DNA of 63,476 nucleotides, filler included, from Saprolegnia diclina VS20 (taxonomy: Eukaryota): the NCBI RefSeq assembly GCF_000281045.1. It is 3 parts of 2 records of this genome, joined end to end, with 100 filler letters (N's around TTAATTAATTAA, not from the genome) between each part and the next. Parts side by side here need not be neighbours in the genome. Positions count along the whole stretch, not along the records: positions 1 to 24,562 come from NW_008246074.1; 2 more parts are not named here. One strand, written 5' to 3'. Positions 10,481 through 23,686 of the stretch are shown piece after piece. The stretch's first letter is position 1. Every line of letters starts with the position of its first letter. A program made the position numbers and the translations under genes. A model generated the notes under the pieces. That model had not been told where the DNA came from. It worked only from the letters and a program-made list of their open reading frames with translations, and did not search any database.

Positions 10481-13400
10481 TTACATGCTGTCGTCCATGT
10501 ACGAAATGTCGTCCCACGGGTGGCGGTACAGCGGCTGCTTGAGGCGCTTCTGGTCGAGGTAGTGGCCAATGAAGCCGATCGAGCGGCCGAGCACAAAGAG
10601 GCCGTTGAGGCAGCCGTCGGCGATCTGCTCGTCGGCTTCCTCCTGCGTGAACGCGCCGCAGTTGCGCAAGAGGTCCACAAAGCAGACGGCGATTGCACCG
10701 TCGACGTTGAGAATCAACGTGCTGCGCTTCTTGGTCGTGATCTGCTCGACTTCGAGTGCAAAGTTGAGGATGTTGTTGGCCGGAAAGTGCTCGAGCGCAT
10801 ACTCCTTGATGATCGTGACGCGCTTGTCCGGGTTGGTCGTCGACTTGATGCGGTGGCCAATGCCCATGATGAGCTGGTTGCTCGCCTTCATCTTGTTGAC
10901 AAAGTCGGCCGGCGACATGCCAGAGTCGTACGCCTTCGTAAACATCTCGGCCGCCTGGTCGAGCGCGCCGCCAAAGCGAGGCCCGACCGTCATGAGGCCC
11001 GAGACGAGCGAAGAGATAAGGTCCTTGCCCGCGCGCGCCGTCACGATCGTGTTGTGGGCGCCCGAGACGGCCGGGCCGTGGTCGGCGGTCACCATGAGCA
11101 CCATTTCGATAAACTTGGTCGCGTACGGCGGGAGGCGGCGCTTGAACCAGAGGAGGCCGAGGACACCGCCGACGCCCATTTCGTTTTCAAAGACGTGCGA
11201 GATGGGCATGCCGGCGTACGTGAGCTCTTCGCCGCGGTCGTCCGTGATGGACGAGATAAAGTTGGCCGGCTTGCGGATCATGCCGAGCTTCTTGGCCCAC
11301 GCATAGTCCATGGGCACTGCCGGCACCGGCACCTCGGGGCGCGGCACGAGCGCACCGGACGCCACGAGGCTGTCATACGTGGTCCGGATCGCCGTGCCAA
11401 ACTGGTCAAAGTTCTTGGGGACGATGGCGCCGGCGTGCGCGAGCGCCGCGTTCTTGGCTTCGGCCGTCTCGGACTCGCCGGTCGCACACGCACCGGCGTG
11501 GCCAAATTGCACTTCGAACGGGAAGATTTTGGCGCAAGTACCAATGCACCAGGCGACGAGCGGCTTGGTGATGCGGCCGTCCTGGAGCGCACGGCACACT
11601 TCAAACTCGTCCGTGCCGCCGACTTCGCCGAGAAGCACCATCATCTTGACCTCCGGGTTCTCCTGGTAGCGGAGGAGGTGCTGGATAAAGGTCGAGCCTG
11701 GGTACTTGTCGCCGCCGATCGCGACGCCTTCAAAGACACCATCCGAGGTTTGGCTGATGATGTTGTTGAGCTCGTTACTCATGCCGCCCGACTTGGAGAC
11801 GTACGCGACCGAGCCCGGGCGGTAGAGCTTGCTCTGGACAATATTGTCGAGCATGCCGCCCGTGTTGCCGATGCGGAGGCAGCCGGGCTTGATGCCGCCG
11901 ACCGTCGCGGGGCCAATGAGGCCGACGTTCTTGGCGGCCGCGCGCTTGATGATGAGGCGCGTCTGCGACTCGGGCACGCCTTCGGCGATGATCGCATGCG
12001 TCTTGATCGTGTCGCTGCACGCCAGCGCCTCCATCGTCGACGAAAACACCGAGCGGAACGAGGAGAAGTTGACGAGCACCGAGACGTCCGGGTACTTTTT
12101 GACGGCCTCCTTGATGTCCTGGAAGACCGGGATGAGGCGCTCGGACGTGCCCCAGTAGAACTTGAGGTAGTGGTTCTGCGAGAACGGGAAGATCATGGCC
12201 GCGACCGACGGCGTCTCGCGCTTGCAGAGGTAGTCAAAGTCGAGCATGCCCTGGACCGCGCGCTGCTGCATGCCGTACACAATGCAGCGCGTGTGGGCCT
12301 CCATGCGCACAATGCCCTGGTCCTGGATGAGCGACCGGGCCGGCGCGCCATCCTCCGACGCAGCCGGCGTCGACGACTCGGAATGGGTCTTGGCGTCGCG
12401 CGACGGACCGGGCGACGCGGCCGGCGACGGCTCGATGGGCGTCTTGGCCTCGGCTGGCGGCGGCGGCACCTGGTCGTGGCCGGGTACCACGAGGCCGAGC
12501 GCCATGGGCACGATCGCCGTGATGTGCGTCTCGGGGCCAAACACGTGGATCGGCACGCCGGTGGACTCGCCCGTCTCGCGCATGAGGCGGAGACCTTCCT
12601 GGTAATTCGGGCCGGCGCGGCGGAGCCAAATCGTAATGTTGCGCTCCTTGAGCTTGTCCTGGAAGTCGGTGATGGCCGAGATGATACCTTTAAAGGTCTG
12701 CGCGACGTCGGTAAAGTTGGCAATGCCACCGCCGATGATGAGCACCTTCCCGCGCGGGTCGTCCTCGCGCGTCATCAGATCGAGGATCGTGCGCGCATAC
12801 TGGTACGTGTGCGCCTCGGACGGCGCGCCAGAGTACTCGCCATAGTTGGCGAGCTCGTGCCCAAACCCGAGGTCCGAGATCGTGTCGGCGTAAACGACCG
12901 ACGCGCCGCCGCCAGCGACCATGGTCCAGACGCGGCCGCGGTGGTTGAGGATCGTGAGCTTGAGCGACGCGCCCGTCTTGCCGTCGAGCTCGGCAATGTA
13001 CGCCTCTTCCGGGAACTTGGCGCGGCCAAACGGCGCGGGAAATTCGATCTCGCCCCATTTCGTGCCGCAGAGGAAGCCCGCGGTCTCGTCGAGCTTGGCG
13101 GCCATGTCGAGCGGCACGATCTTGTCGCCAACCACCACGATCGGGTTGATCTCCATGTACACAAAGTTGAGGTCGCGGTAGAGCGCCAAGAGCGACGAGA
13201 TGAAGCTCGCAATGATCGTCTGGCGCGCCGGCACGACGTTGAAGAGGAGCTGCGTCGCAATCTCGTCGACGGTCGGCGTGACTTCGAGCGGAATCTGGAG
13301 GCGGAGCGCCTTGGCATCGACGTCACCAACGTCGACGCCGCCTTCGTGGTGGAAGAGGATCTCTTCGCCGTTGCGGTTCGACTGGAGGCAGAGGTAGTAC

Positions 13401-13783
13401 TCGTCCGTCGACGCGTGCGGCACGAACGGCTCGACGATAAAGTGGTCGAGGATGCCCGTGACGACCTCGACCTGGATCTCGCGGCTCATGCGCGCGGTGA
13501 TCCACTCCTTGACCTCGGCCCACGTCGCGTTGAGGAGGAGCAGGTTGGCCTTACCGCGGCGCTTGATGAGCTGGTCGGGCTTGACGACGAGCTTGGTCTC
13601 GAGCAGCCACGGGTTCTCGCGCACGACCGAGTCAAAGTTGATCGAGGGCACCTTGGCGTCAAAGATGATGGGCGTGATCTGCACGAAGCGCGACTCGAGC
13701 GTGTGCGCGCCGCTCGAGTAGTCCGCCAGCCACTTGCCGAGGAGGCGCTTGCCGTCGTACTCGCGGATCGCCTTGGCCGACAT
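10481..13783 (-). CDS. ACLY: ATP-citrate lyase (ATP citrate synthase), single-chain fused form, intronless
   Basis: Starts [12 protein letters not shown]. Motifs include [27 protein letters not shown], the phospho-His motif VQFGHAGA, and the citrate-synthase-homology domain [12 protein letters not shown]...[11 protein letters not shown]. Confidence 0.98.
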   Translation of the reverse strand: MSAKAIREYDGKRLLGKWLADYSSGAHTLESRFVQITPIIFDAKVPSINFDSVVRENPWLLETKLVVKPDQLIKRRGKANLLLLNATWAEVKEWITARMSREIQVEVVTGILDHFIVEPFVPHASTDEYYLCLQSNRNGEEILFHHEGGVDVGDVDAKALRLQIPLEVTPTVDEIATQLLFNVVPARQTIIASFISSLLALYRDLNFVYMEINPIVVVGDKIVPLDMAAKLDETAGFLCGTKWGEIEFPAPFGRAKFPEEAYIAELDGKTGASLKLTILNHRGRVWTMVAGGGASVVYADTISDLGFGHELANYGEYSGAPSEAHTYQYARTILDLMTREDDPRGKVLIIGGGIANFTDVAQTFKGIISAITDFQDKLKERNITIWLRRAGPNYQEGLRLMRETGESTGVPIHVFGPETHITAIVPMALGLVVPGHDQVPPPPAEAKTPIEPSPAASPGPSRDAKTHSESSTPAASEDGAPARSLIQDQGIVRMEAHTRCIVYGMQQRAVQGMLDFDYLCKRETPSVAAMIFPFSQNHYLKFYWGTSERLIPVFQDIKEAVKKYPDVSVLVNFSSFRSVFSSTMEALACSDTIKTHAIIAEGVPESQTRLIIKRAAAKNVGLIGPATVGGIKPGCLRIGNTGGMLDNIVQSKLYRPGSVAYVSKSGGMSNELNNIISQTSDGVFEGVAIGGDKYPGSTFIQHLLRYQENPEVKMMVLLGEVGGTDEFEVCRALQDGRITKPLVAWCIGTCAKIFPFEVQFGHAGACATGESETAEAKNAALAHAGAIVPKNFDQFGTAIRTTYDSLVASGALVPRPEVPVPAVPMDYAWAKKLGMIRKPANFISSITDDRGEELTYAGMPISHVFENEMGVGGVLGLLWFKRRLPPYATKFIEMVLMVTADHGPAVSGAHNTIVTARAGKDLISSLVSGLMTVGPRFGGALDQAAEMFTKAYDSGMSPADFVNKMKASNQLIMGIGHRIKSTTNPDKRVTIIKEYALEHFPANNILNFALEVEQITTKKRSTLILNVDGAIAVCFVDLLRNCGAFTQEEADEQIADGCLNGLFVLGRSIGFIGHYLDQKRLKQPLYRHPWDDISYMDDSM

Positions 13784-13812
13784 GCTATCAGATCTTGTGG
13801 GCGGTTGACCGA

Positions 13813-13926
13813 AAAAGGAAAAGTGAGCTCCCAATCTTTGGACTCGCGAGTCGGCCAATCCGAGCGCCGTATCTTATTCGCCCAATCAGAGCGCGCCACT
13901 CGAGACCACTTTGGATTTCAACCAAT
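13813..13926 (-). promoter_or_regulatory. ACLY core promoter: oomycete INR/FPR element plus four CCAAT boxes
   Basis: Minus-strand GCTCACTTTTCCTTTT at about 13813-13828 matches the oomycete INR+FPR consensus, about 30-45 nt upstream of the ATG. CCAAT (plus strand) occurs at 13831, 13855, 13882 and 13922. Confidence 0.65.
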
Positions 13927-15250
13927 CAGCGGCCATTTTGAAGTGACGCAGGAGGGATTTGGTGTTTTTCACGCGGCAAGACGTGCGCAATCAGATCGTT
14001 CGTGGGAGGCAGAAGCGAGGCGGGGAGGGTGTGACGCCGACGACGGCGCGGCCGCTAGCGCCCCGAGGAGCGCGCCCCCGACCCGCCCCACGACGTCAAC
14101 GCTAGAGCTTACAGAGACGAATGCGTTGCCTCAATCTCCGCGGGCAATCGATGGCTGGAAAGGCTGGTTCGACGCCGAGAAGATCGTGCGGTCCGGCGGG
14201 GGTGTAATGACCACCTTCAAGAATGCATACATTTGTGCTATATCGAATCGGACGCTCGGCCAGTCTCTTGTGCTACAATGGGGGTTTTATGCACGTCCTT
14301 GCTTCGTCGCACGCGCCTTGGGCGTCCGAGCCAACGACAGGCAGCGCCGTAGGAATGGCTTGTCGTAGCCACGTTCTCGCGCCGACATTCCGCGTACTAC
14401 TACAGGTAGTATGTAGCATGTGCCGGTCGTCAGCAAGGACACGCTGCGTCGCCACCTCCAACCTCTGACAGCGACGAGAGGTGAGAAACGTCTTTTCACC
14501 AATTCCCACGTTGATTTCCCACGGAATCCGGAGGCGCGTCCCCGGAAACTTTACTTTTTGGCCAATCAGCGGCGCTGACGTCGGCCGCGCGCGCCAGATT
14601 CGTACGATGACATCATGCAGACAAGACCACATGATGCATACGTGATCCGAGACCACGCGGCAGTCGCTACGCGGTGACGCGCAGTAGAAGCGAGGCCGCC
14701 GCTGCTGAAAAAGGCTCGCAAGAGGCCGAGAGGCTGCTTCAGCTCCTACGCTATGGCGTGCTGTGCCCAGGCGTCCTGCAAGCAATGCACCATGAGCTCT
14801 CGGATAGCTCCTCCGAAATCGTTGACATCTTTGAAGCGGTTGTATTGACGTAAACAGGGGTGGGCGCCACAAGAACCTTTCTCGGCCGAGGATGTTGACA
14901 CGACAAGCCCGTCCCTGCGACGTCGCACCGCCGTCTTCGCCCGTGCACCGCACGTGCGCAAGCCCCGATAGCTTGTAGGGCAGCCACAAGTAGAGCCTTT
15001 CGAGAGGGATGGTCGGTTCGAGAAGCGTGGAAAGCGATTGCGCTTTCTTGCCGACCAGACGACAAGGACCGATGGCTGCCGTGCCACCGACTTCAACCTG
15101 CAGCTGGGTGGGTCAGTTGTGACGTCGACGCTTGCAACTGCATTCGTTCGGATGCGATTACCTAACGTGCCCCTACGTGCCCCGGCACGTGACGTCGATT
15201 GCTGCGAATTGATTGGCGCACAAGAATAGCGCGTCACGACGGGCTTCGTT

Positions 15251-16013
15251 ATGGGCGACGACCGCAGCAGCTACGTCCCCAAGGCGGCGACGGACGCCGG
15301 TCCGCAGACGTACTTCGTCGAGCCGACGGCCTTTCCAACGCGACGCCCAGCGCCGGCCGTCACTCGCGTCGGCCATGCGCGCTACGGCCGCGAGTTTTGC
15401 CGGTACGTTCGCCTGTCGGTGCGGCGTTAACGCGCTGCGCAGCGCCCAGCGCAAGTCGTCAAACGCGACGCTGCCTCGGACGCGGTCGCTGAGCTTGGTG
15501 GTGAGCCCGACCAAGGCGCTTCTGCCTACGCGGTCGTCGGCGTCGCTGCAGCCGTCCCATGACGACAGCGCCAAGTGGCGTGTACTCGGAAACCATCTCT
15601 GGGACGAGGTACACGCTTGCATGGAAGCATGCGAGCTGCACTGTGTGGCGTAGAAGTGCAAGGCCCTCGCGAGTCAGCTCGAGACGCTCACGCTTAGCGG
15701 GGCCGCGACGTGCGCCAGCGAAGGCAGTGGTCGGTCGTCGCTCTCGGTGAGCCAACTGGGCAATCTCGATGCGTTTGTCAACGGGTACCTGCCCGTGCCG
15801 CGCCTCTCCTTGTCCACAGCGACTGCGCCGGCGTGTCCGTTCCGCCTCAGTCCCGCACGGCGCGCTTCGACGTGGCGGCAATGGCGGCAGTACCCAACGA
15901 CGAAGCGCCTGCCGCAGCTGCTGCCCACCGTCTCGTACGACGAGCTGCTGCAGCAAACAAGTTATACGCGCGCATTACAGCTCAAACTTAAACGCGAGCG
16001 TGAACACAAATGA
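15251..16013 (+). CDS. Hypothetical protein, 3 exons
   Basis: ATG 15251 (MGDDRSSYVPK). Introns 15403-15442 and 15609-15653 splice in frame to ...QLKLKREREHK, stop TGA 16011-16013. Codon usage is coding-like but no domain was recognised. Confidence 0.6.
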
Positions 16014-17949
16014 AAGCAAAAAGAGCAAGAGCGGTAGCGCCATCGTGTTGGACGATCCTATGCACAAGTTGTCAGTTAGCGTGACGACTTCAAAACCAAT
16101 CGTGTACCCAACGACGACAGCGTGGCCGAGTTGTACTCTTCGACGACAAACTGCCCGGCGTTGATAAACTGCATGAGGAGCGCGGCATAGATGCCGTTGT
16201 TGTTGAACTTGCGCGGCGCGTCCATGAGGTCCTTGGCAATGACACCGGTCTACGAGCGACATCAGACAAGGTGTCCACAGTGAAAAGCGCCTACCACGGC
16301 GTATGGGAAAATGTAGATGGCGGCGTAGAACGTGCCAATGCCGACAAAGCAGACGAACGAGAGCGCGTGCGACGACGACCCGACCATGACGGCGATGCAG
16401 AACAAGACCACTAGACAAGAATTTCCATCCAAAACGACGAAAAAGCCGAGGAAGCCTACCGCCAACACACATAAAGCCGATCGTGAGGCAGTGCAGGCGG
16501 CGGCTCGACGGGTTAAAGGGCGTCACGAGCATAAAGCCCAATGTCGCAAACAGCTCGGCCGCCGACTAGGCACAAGAAGATATGAGTTGAGAAAGGAGGA
16601 CGTGCGTACGATGCCCTGGACGGCCGATTTGGCTTCGTTCAAGCCTTGCGCGTACAAGTCGACTTGGTCTTGCGTGCACGGCGGGTCGAGTGAGAGCGCG
16701 GCGCACCCGCCGTACACATTGCTGCCCCACCACCTGAACTTTTGGTTGTCGAACGCCATCCACGCCATCCTGTATGTGCACGATACATGGAGAGACGCAA
16801 CGTTTCCGTATGTACCAGAGAAAGAGCTGCAGCACGCAGAGGAGGCGGAGCTCGTACGGCGCCGTCACAATCGTGTCCCAGACCTCCGAGACCATGTGCC
16901 CCACAGTCGTGATGCGGCGCGTCGACGCGTCCTGCGGCTTCTCGGGCTGCAAATCTAAGCCAACGATGAGTCTCGGCTGCCACTCGGATCTTCGCACAGA
17001 GGGACGTGGCCACGGTCACGACAAGGACGCTGGCGACGATCGCGCACGTCTGGAAGAGGTTGCGCTTGTTGATCTCGTCGCCGTACACGACTTCGGTGCC
17101 GCCGCCAAGCAGCGCCATCCCGAGCGCGACGCCGACGCTGTGGTAGATGCCGCCGCAGGCTTGGGCATGTACCTACCACAGTCGTGTCTAGTGGGTAGCG
17201 TCGATCTTAGTGCTCTACTTGGTATCCGCGCGGAATCTCATCAAAGAGGCGAGTGCGCAAGACGAGCTAATTGATGGGCGTCATGCGATGTTCAGGGTGC
17301 GGTAGAGTAATACCTCGAGGGTCGTGGCGCCATGGACGAGGACGACGACGTTGAGGATGTGGAAGAAGAGGTGGTCGCCAAAGACCGTCTGCGAGCCGCC
17401 AAACAAGAGCACGCTCACGACGATGAGGACGGTGCCGACGAGGAGGCTCTTGTTGCGCCGGCCCCAAGACGAGTACGACCGGTCCGAGTGGCCGCCAATG
17501 AGCGGCGCGACAAAGAAGGCGTAGAAGGGCGGCAGGTACCGCGGAATGAACTTGGCGATGCCCATGGATGTCAGAAAGGACGTGAGGAGCTCAAAGACCG
17601 TGCAGTCTACGTAGCAGCGATGAGTATTGAAGGTAGTTCTTAGCGTACTCAGCAGCGTGAGGCCGACCCAGGGCAGCGCCAGAATTAGGCTCGTCACGAC
17701 CGGGTGGCTGGCATGGCGCTTCTTCGGGTGCGACTGCAGCGTCTCGGCGCGCATAAAGGACACCGTGACAAGGCGCTCGGTCGGCGTCTCGACCGGCGTG
17801 AGGTGGGCCAAGACCTGGTCGTCGCTGCTACCGTCCTCGTGCTCCTGCGTGACGCTCGAGAGCTCGATGCGGAGGTCCTCGGACGCGTGGGCGCTGTGCC
17901 TGCTGCTGCGGTCGTCGGCGTCGCGAAGCAGGCGGACGCCAGGCTCCAT
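15975..17949 (-). CDS. GPH / SUT-SLC45-like (sucrose/sugar:cation symporter) MFS transporter, multi-exon
   Basis: Multiple hydrophobic helices. Family-like loop APLIGGHSDRSYSSWGRR and the segments ELRLLCVLQLFLW / MAWMAF...WWGSNVYGG. Ends ...LSFVFTLAFKFEL with TAA at 15975-15977. Internal exon limits are approximate. Confidence 0.78.
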
Positions 17950-18463
17950 CGCTCTCGGAAGGACAAGACGGGAAATATGAAGCATCCGGATACCCACTAT
18001 CAGGTAATGGCATGTCGCAGCTCCTAACGTCAACTCTCCTGCATGGAAGGTCAATCCGCCGGTGGTCTCTCGAGCGCTTTGGTGCAGCTTGATTATAACC
18101 ATTTGCTCATATTTATATATGTATCTGTAGACAATATGGGACAACAGATTGTCCACGTGGCACCGGATGGCGTGGCGGGAACATGCGAGCGCCGACGGCC
18201 AGTGTCGGTAGCGAGGGCTCGCGAAACTCATCGTGCACCTGGACGATACTTAACAACCGTAGCAGCGACGTCATCCAAGGCCCTGCACCGTATGCTCTAC
18301 AGCGCGCTGCAGTCGAGCGATGCGGGGCTTGACCAATGCGATCTGACGCAATGGCGGGATCGCGCTTCCTGGCCTTACGTAGCGCGTTTACTGGGAGATG
18401 ACGCCGGTTCAGCGCAAGTTAAGCACGTAGATCGGCGGTTCGACCCGTGCGTCCCTACGTATC

Positions 18464-18643
18464 NNNNNNNNNNNNNNNNNNNNNNNNNNNNNNNNNNNNN
18501 NNNNNNNNNNNNNNNNNNNNNNNNNNNNNNNNNNNNNNNNNNNNNNNNNNNNNNNNNNNNNNNNNNNNNNNNNNNNNNNNNNNNNNNNNNNNNNNNNNNN
18601 NNNNNNNNNNNNNNNNNNNNNNNNNNNNNNNNNNNNNNNNNNN
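18464..18643. other. Assembly gap (180 N) flanked by an identical 40-bp sequence
   Basis: CACGTAGATCGGCGGTTCGACCCGTGCGTCCCTACGTATC occurs at 18424-18463 and again at 18644-18683. Confidence 0.95.
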
Positions 18644-18951
18644 CACGTAGATCGGCGGTTCGACCCGTGCGTCCCTACGTATCCTGTGCATGCGTGTCTT
18701 TTCACACGATCTCGGCTCTTGCAGGGTCTCTGCCATCATAGAACAAAAATATATGTGTATTTATGTGAATTTATGTTCCTTGCTGCCGTTAACGAAGCCG
18801 CTCTGGATGCATTAAGACCGTCGACATTTATAAGGCTAGTGTATAACAACAGTCTACGATCTATCAAGTTTGATGAGGGTGTTTGCCATTTACAGGAAGA
18901 ATTTCGCGCGTTTAATTGTCTATTACTATTTCATTTTGGGGTTTAAGGGCT

Positions 18952-19040
18952 AACGACCCTTTGGGGGATCGATCCCTGAACCTTTCCGCTGTGAACTAGT
19001 ATTAACGTTAGACACTTCAACCGCTGGGCTATTCCAGCCC
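18952..19040 (-). repeat. tRNA-like / SINE-like short element, copy 2, with Pol III A-box and B-box-like motifs
   Basis: The minus strand reads GGGCTGGAA-TAGCCCAGCGG (A-box-like)...CAG-GGATCGATCCC (B-box-like). It is homologous to 7172-7267. Confidence 0.5.
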
Positions 19041-20049
19041 ATACGGTTTTTACATGGTTGGGGTTTGTATCTATTGATGTTGCCGCAGGAAATCGTCTTG
19101 GTGTTTGTATGCTTGTATTTATCACGTTACTCACGCCGCTCTATGCGTGTATTTGGATCCATGAGCATACAAAATACAAATATGTTTCATTTTCACACTT
19201 TCACACATATGTGAAACGGCCGACACACCGCGTCAATTATGTGCAAATCAGTTTCACCATACACATGGGACTGTGAGAAACACATGATACAAAATTCCAT
19301 CGTGCATATTTCTATTTCGCGCCAAATACCACACGCGTGAAGAATGTGGGATATTCTCCGGTTGCGGCATTCTAGAGGTAAGATCGAAGTACGAGTTGGC
19401 GCGCTCGAGGCGAATGAGCAATTATGTTAAGATCTATTTTCACTTATGCCAAGTCCAGAGGGCCGCGTCGCACACAGTGATATGCTCATCCAACAACGTA
19501 GTACCGAGCTGGTGCTAATGGCGATACGGGCCGCCACGTCACCGCCATCACGCGCGGCATTGGCGAGTCCCAGAATAGATAGAGATTCGTCGACCCTGCG
19601 ATGCGCGCGGGTGGAGGCTGTAAGCTGAGGCTGTAAGGCATGTGGGTGCAAGGACGTGCCGGCACTCGTCGTGGTACTTTTGGGAGCGGTAAGCCTGCGG
19701 ATCGTCTCCGAACATCCAACTTCAACCTACACATGTGGTCGGTCGTGTTCGCTCGCCTGCATTCATCAGTCGCGGTGTATACTGGAATCAAGATACAGCA
19801 AGCCGCGGGTGCGTCCGATCTGGATGCGTTGGGCCTTTGCGCGGCTTCTTCCCACCTGCCAATGACGGGCAACGCACTCGTCGGGTCATTCGCCGCGGGG
19901 CACGGTTCCGGCGATGCCATTGGCTGCTCAGATGGGCACGGTATCTTGGTGTGCGATAGGCCAACGGCCGTATTATCCATACCAATTTACATATAGAGTC
20001 AAGTTGAAGACTACCCGCACGCAACTGGGCGGAAGATCGCCACGGATAA

Positions 20050-21384
<1,335 letters not shown>

Positions 21385-21760
21385 GCGAGTATGTGGCGCG
21401 CTCTGTCGTCCAATACAGTACAGTGTTTTTGTGTCGAGAAACGAGTTTGCGGATTCAAATGACGTGGCGGCACCAACCGACAGACCTTTGCCGACCAGTT
21501 TATATTGCGGCAATGCTGCGGAGCCGATAGACGTAGATTGTCGTTGCATGCTACCGAGTGTTTTCTTCCTATCTCCAGCACCTTGCTTCAATGCCCCGCA
21601 TGTGTTTCCTCTCGCAGTGTACGTCGCGAGTATCATGGCCTCCGGTTAGCAAGTCATCATGGCGCCCAATCGTTGATAGGCATGAGTTGCTGCGTTGGCA
21701 GAGCAAAGGGGCTCATGGCTGCACTTTCTGTTTGAAACGGCTTCGCACAAATAGACGCGC

Positions 21761-23686
21761 ATGCACCGGCCCGACTTTGGCAAGCTCGCGGTCTTCTTTG
21801 GCACGAGCGACGCCGACTGGACGCAGTCGGAGCGTCGGTTCCTCCTCAGTATCGCGTACACCCAGGCCGTCCTTGGCTTCACCAACTTTCTCTTCGCGGG
21901 CATTATCCTCTGGAGCTTCACGGACGGCGAGGCCAAACTCGTCGACGCAACGTCGCCCAAAACGACTGCAATCGTGTTTTGGCTCCTCGCTCTCTGCTAC
22001 GCCTATGCGCTGCGACCGCCCAGCGGTGGCTCGCGCATCTATGTAAGCTCATCGCCAACCGTCAAGCACCTCCCGGCCATGCGCCGTCTCGCCGCTTGTC
22101 GCCCGTCGGCCAATGTCGAGATTGGCTTGAGCCATACGGTGGTGATTGTGTGCCAGACCTACTTGGCCCAGCTCATGGCGTCGACGCTCACCCAAGGTGG
22201 CGTTGCAACCACATACGGTGCGATGGTGGTCCTCAACGCGACAGTGACGCCGATCTTCCTCTTCACCAAGAGCGTCCGATCCAAACGTCTGCTTCTCGAC
22301 CTCCTCGACGCCTTTCTCTCGTTCACGCTCACGATCGGAATCTCGTTCGTGGTGTTTCTTCTGCCGCTCTTCGAGCACCAGTTCTTTACGGGCTGGGGCG
22401 ATAACCACCCGTGCGAGTGGTATGCGTCGTACCTTGGCGCGATCCGCATCTTCCTCGTCATGCCGCCGCTGCAACTTGCCTCGACCGTCGTGCCCAACCT
22501 CGTCGTCGTGCTCTCGCTACGCCAGACGCTTTTGACGCTCCGGACGATGCCGATCAAGTTGCCGTCAGCACTCACGACGGTGGCGCCGTCGAGTCAACAC
22601 AGCATCTCGAGCCGCGAGGTCCGGCGTGCGTCGGTGACACTCTCATCGCTCATGCACGGCACCCGCGACGAGTGGCGCAAGCGCTTCACGCTCGACCAGA
22701 CCGACATGCGCTTCCTCGTGACCATATTTGCCTTTAACGTGGCGTGGGGACTTGCAGTCCTCGGGCTTGTGCTGCGCGCGTTCTACACACCACGGGCGTG
22801 CCCGAGCCACTGCCTTGCGAGCTCCCTTCCATGGATGAGCGATGGTTGCTCTTGCATTTATGCGCGGCTCCAGTGCACAGTCGAAAACACCACGATCGAC
22901 GTCGACAGCTTCTTGACGTCGCACGCACTCGGCACCAACGTTCTCATCTTGAAGACCGTGGGCTGTCGCGCGCCACCGACGCGCAACGTCATGGCGTTCC
23001 CGCACCTGTTTCGATTGGACATTGAGTTTTCCAACATGACATCGTGGGACGTCGGACAGCTTCCGCCGTCGCTGCGCATGGTAGTCTTGCGCTACAACAA
23101 CCTCAAGTCGATTCCGCCCGTGTTGCAAGCCCCTGGTGACGCGCTGCGCGTTCTGCACTTCATCGGCGCACCCGTCGGCGACATCCCGGGGGCTATATGG
23201 GTCAACTGGACGCAGCTAACGACGTTGTGGCTGTCGGACACGCAGATGACCCGTATCCCAGACGTTATTGCCAGCCTCACGAGCCTCGAAGATCTGGTAC
23301 TGAGCACTAATCGGATCACGGCGCTTCCGCCGTCACTCGTGCAACTGGCCACGCTGCGGCGTCTCGCGGTCGACAGCAACCCTATCGCGACGTTCCCACA
23401 GGCGCTGCTGGAAGCCAAGCCACAGTTGACGCTGGTGCTCGACCACACGCTGATCGCAACGATCCCCAACTCGGCCGCCGTGCGCGCTGCGATCGTATCC
23501 GGAGCCGTCCAGCTGCACGCGACGCCGTTTTGTGCAACGCCCGCCGGCGCGAGCTTTGCTTCCGGCGCGTGCTCCCCGACGTGCTCGTCCACGTGCTCGA
23601 CGCTTCACTGGCGCGACAACTACTGCGACCCGTCGTGCTACTCGCTACCCTGCGCGTTCGATGGCGGCGACTGCACGATTGTGTGA
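21761..23686 (+). CDS. Multi-pass membrane protein with C-terminal leucine-rich repeats and an LNR (Lin12/Notch) repeat
   Basis: About 6-7 hydrophobic segments, then a Cys cap CPSHC...CSC. LRRs include LTTLWLSDTQMTRIP, LEDLVLSTNRITALP and LRRLAVDSNPIATFP. Ends with CSSTC...DNYCDPSCYSLPCAFDGGDC. Confidence 0.85.
   Translation: MHRPDFGKLAVFFGTSDADWTQSERRFLLSIAYTQAVLGFTNFLFAGIILWSFTDGEAKLVDATSPKTTAIVFWLLALCYAYALRPPSGGSRIYVSSSPTVKHLPAMRRLAACRPSANVEIGLSHTVVIVCQTYLAQLMASTLTQGGVATTYGAMVVLNATVTPIFLFTKSVRSKRLLLDLLDAFLSFTLTIGISFVVFLLPLFEHQFFTGWGDNHPCEWYASYLGAIRIFLVMPPLQLASTVVPNLVVVLSLRQTLLTLRTMPIKLPSALTTVAPSSQHSISSREVRRASVTLSSLMHGTRDEWRKRFTLDQTDMRFLVTIFAFNVAWGLAVLGLVLRAFYTPRACPSHCLASSLPWMSDGCSCIYARLQCTVENTTIDVDSFLTSHALGTNVLILKTVGCRAPPTRNVMAFPHLFRLDIEFSNMTSWDVGQLPPSLRMVVLRYNNLKSIPPVLQAPGDALRVLHFIGAPVGDIPGAIWVNWTQLTTLWLSDTQMTRIPDVIASLTSLEDLVLSTNRITALPPSLVQLATLRRLAVDSNPIATFPQALLEAKPQLTLVLDHTLIATIPNSAAVRAAIVSGAVQLHATPFCATPAGASFASGACSPTCSSTCSTLHWRDNYCDPSCYSLPCAFDGGDCTIV

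Noticed and set aside
10520..14368. 1,282-aa plus-strand ORF antisense to ACLY
   Set aside because: Shadow ORF. The GC3-biased sense gene rarely uses TTA/CTA/TCA, so the antisense frame lacks stops. The product has no recognisable domain.
18424..18683. 40-bp direct repeat around an N gap as a CRISPR-like or LTR-like repeat
   Set aside because: Identical sequence on both gap edges is typical of unmerged overlapping contig ends. Only two copies are visible and there are no cas genes.
18952..19040. Functional tRNA gene
   Set aside because: I could not fold a convincing acceptor stem or anticodon arm, so it is reported only as a tRNA-like repeat.
19427..19996. Overlapping short ORFs upstream of MET17
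   Set aside because: No consistent frame, splice model or domain could be supported.
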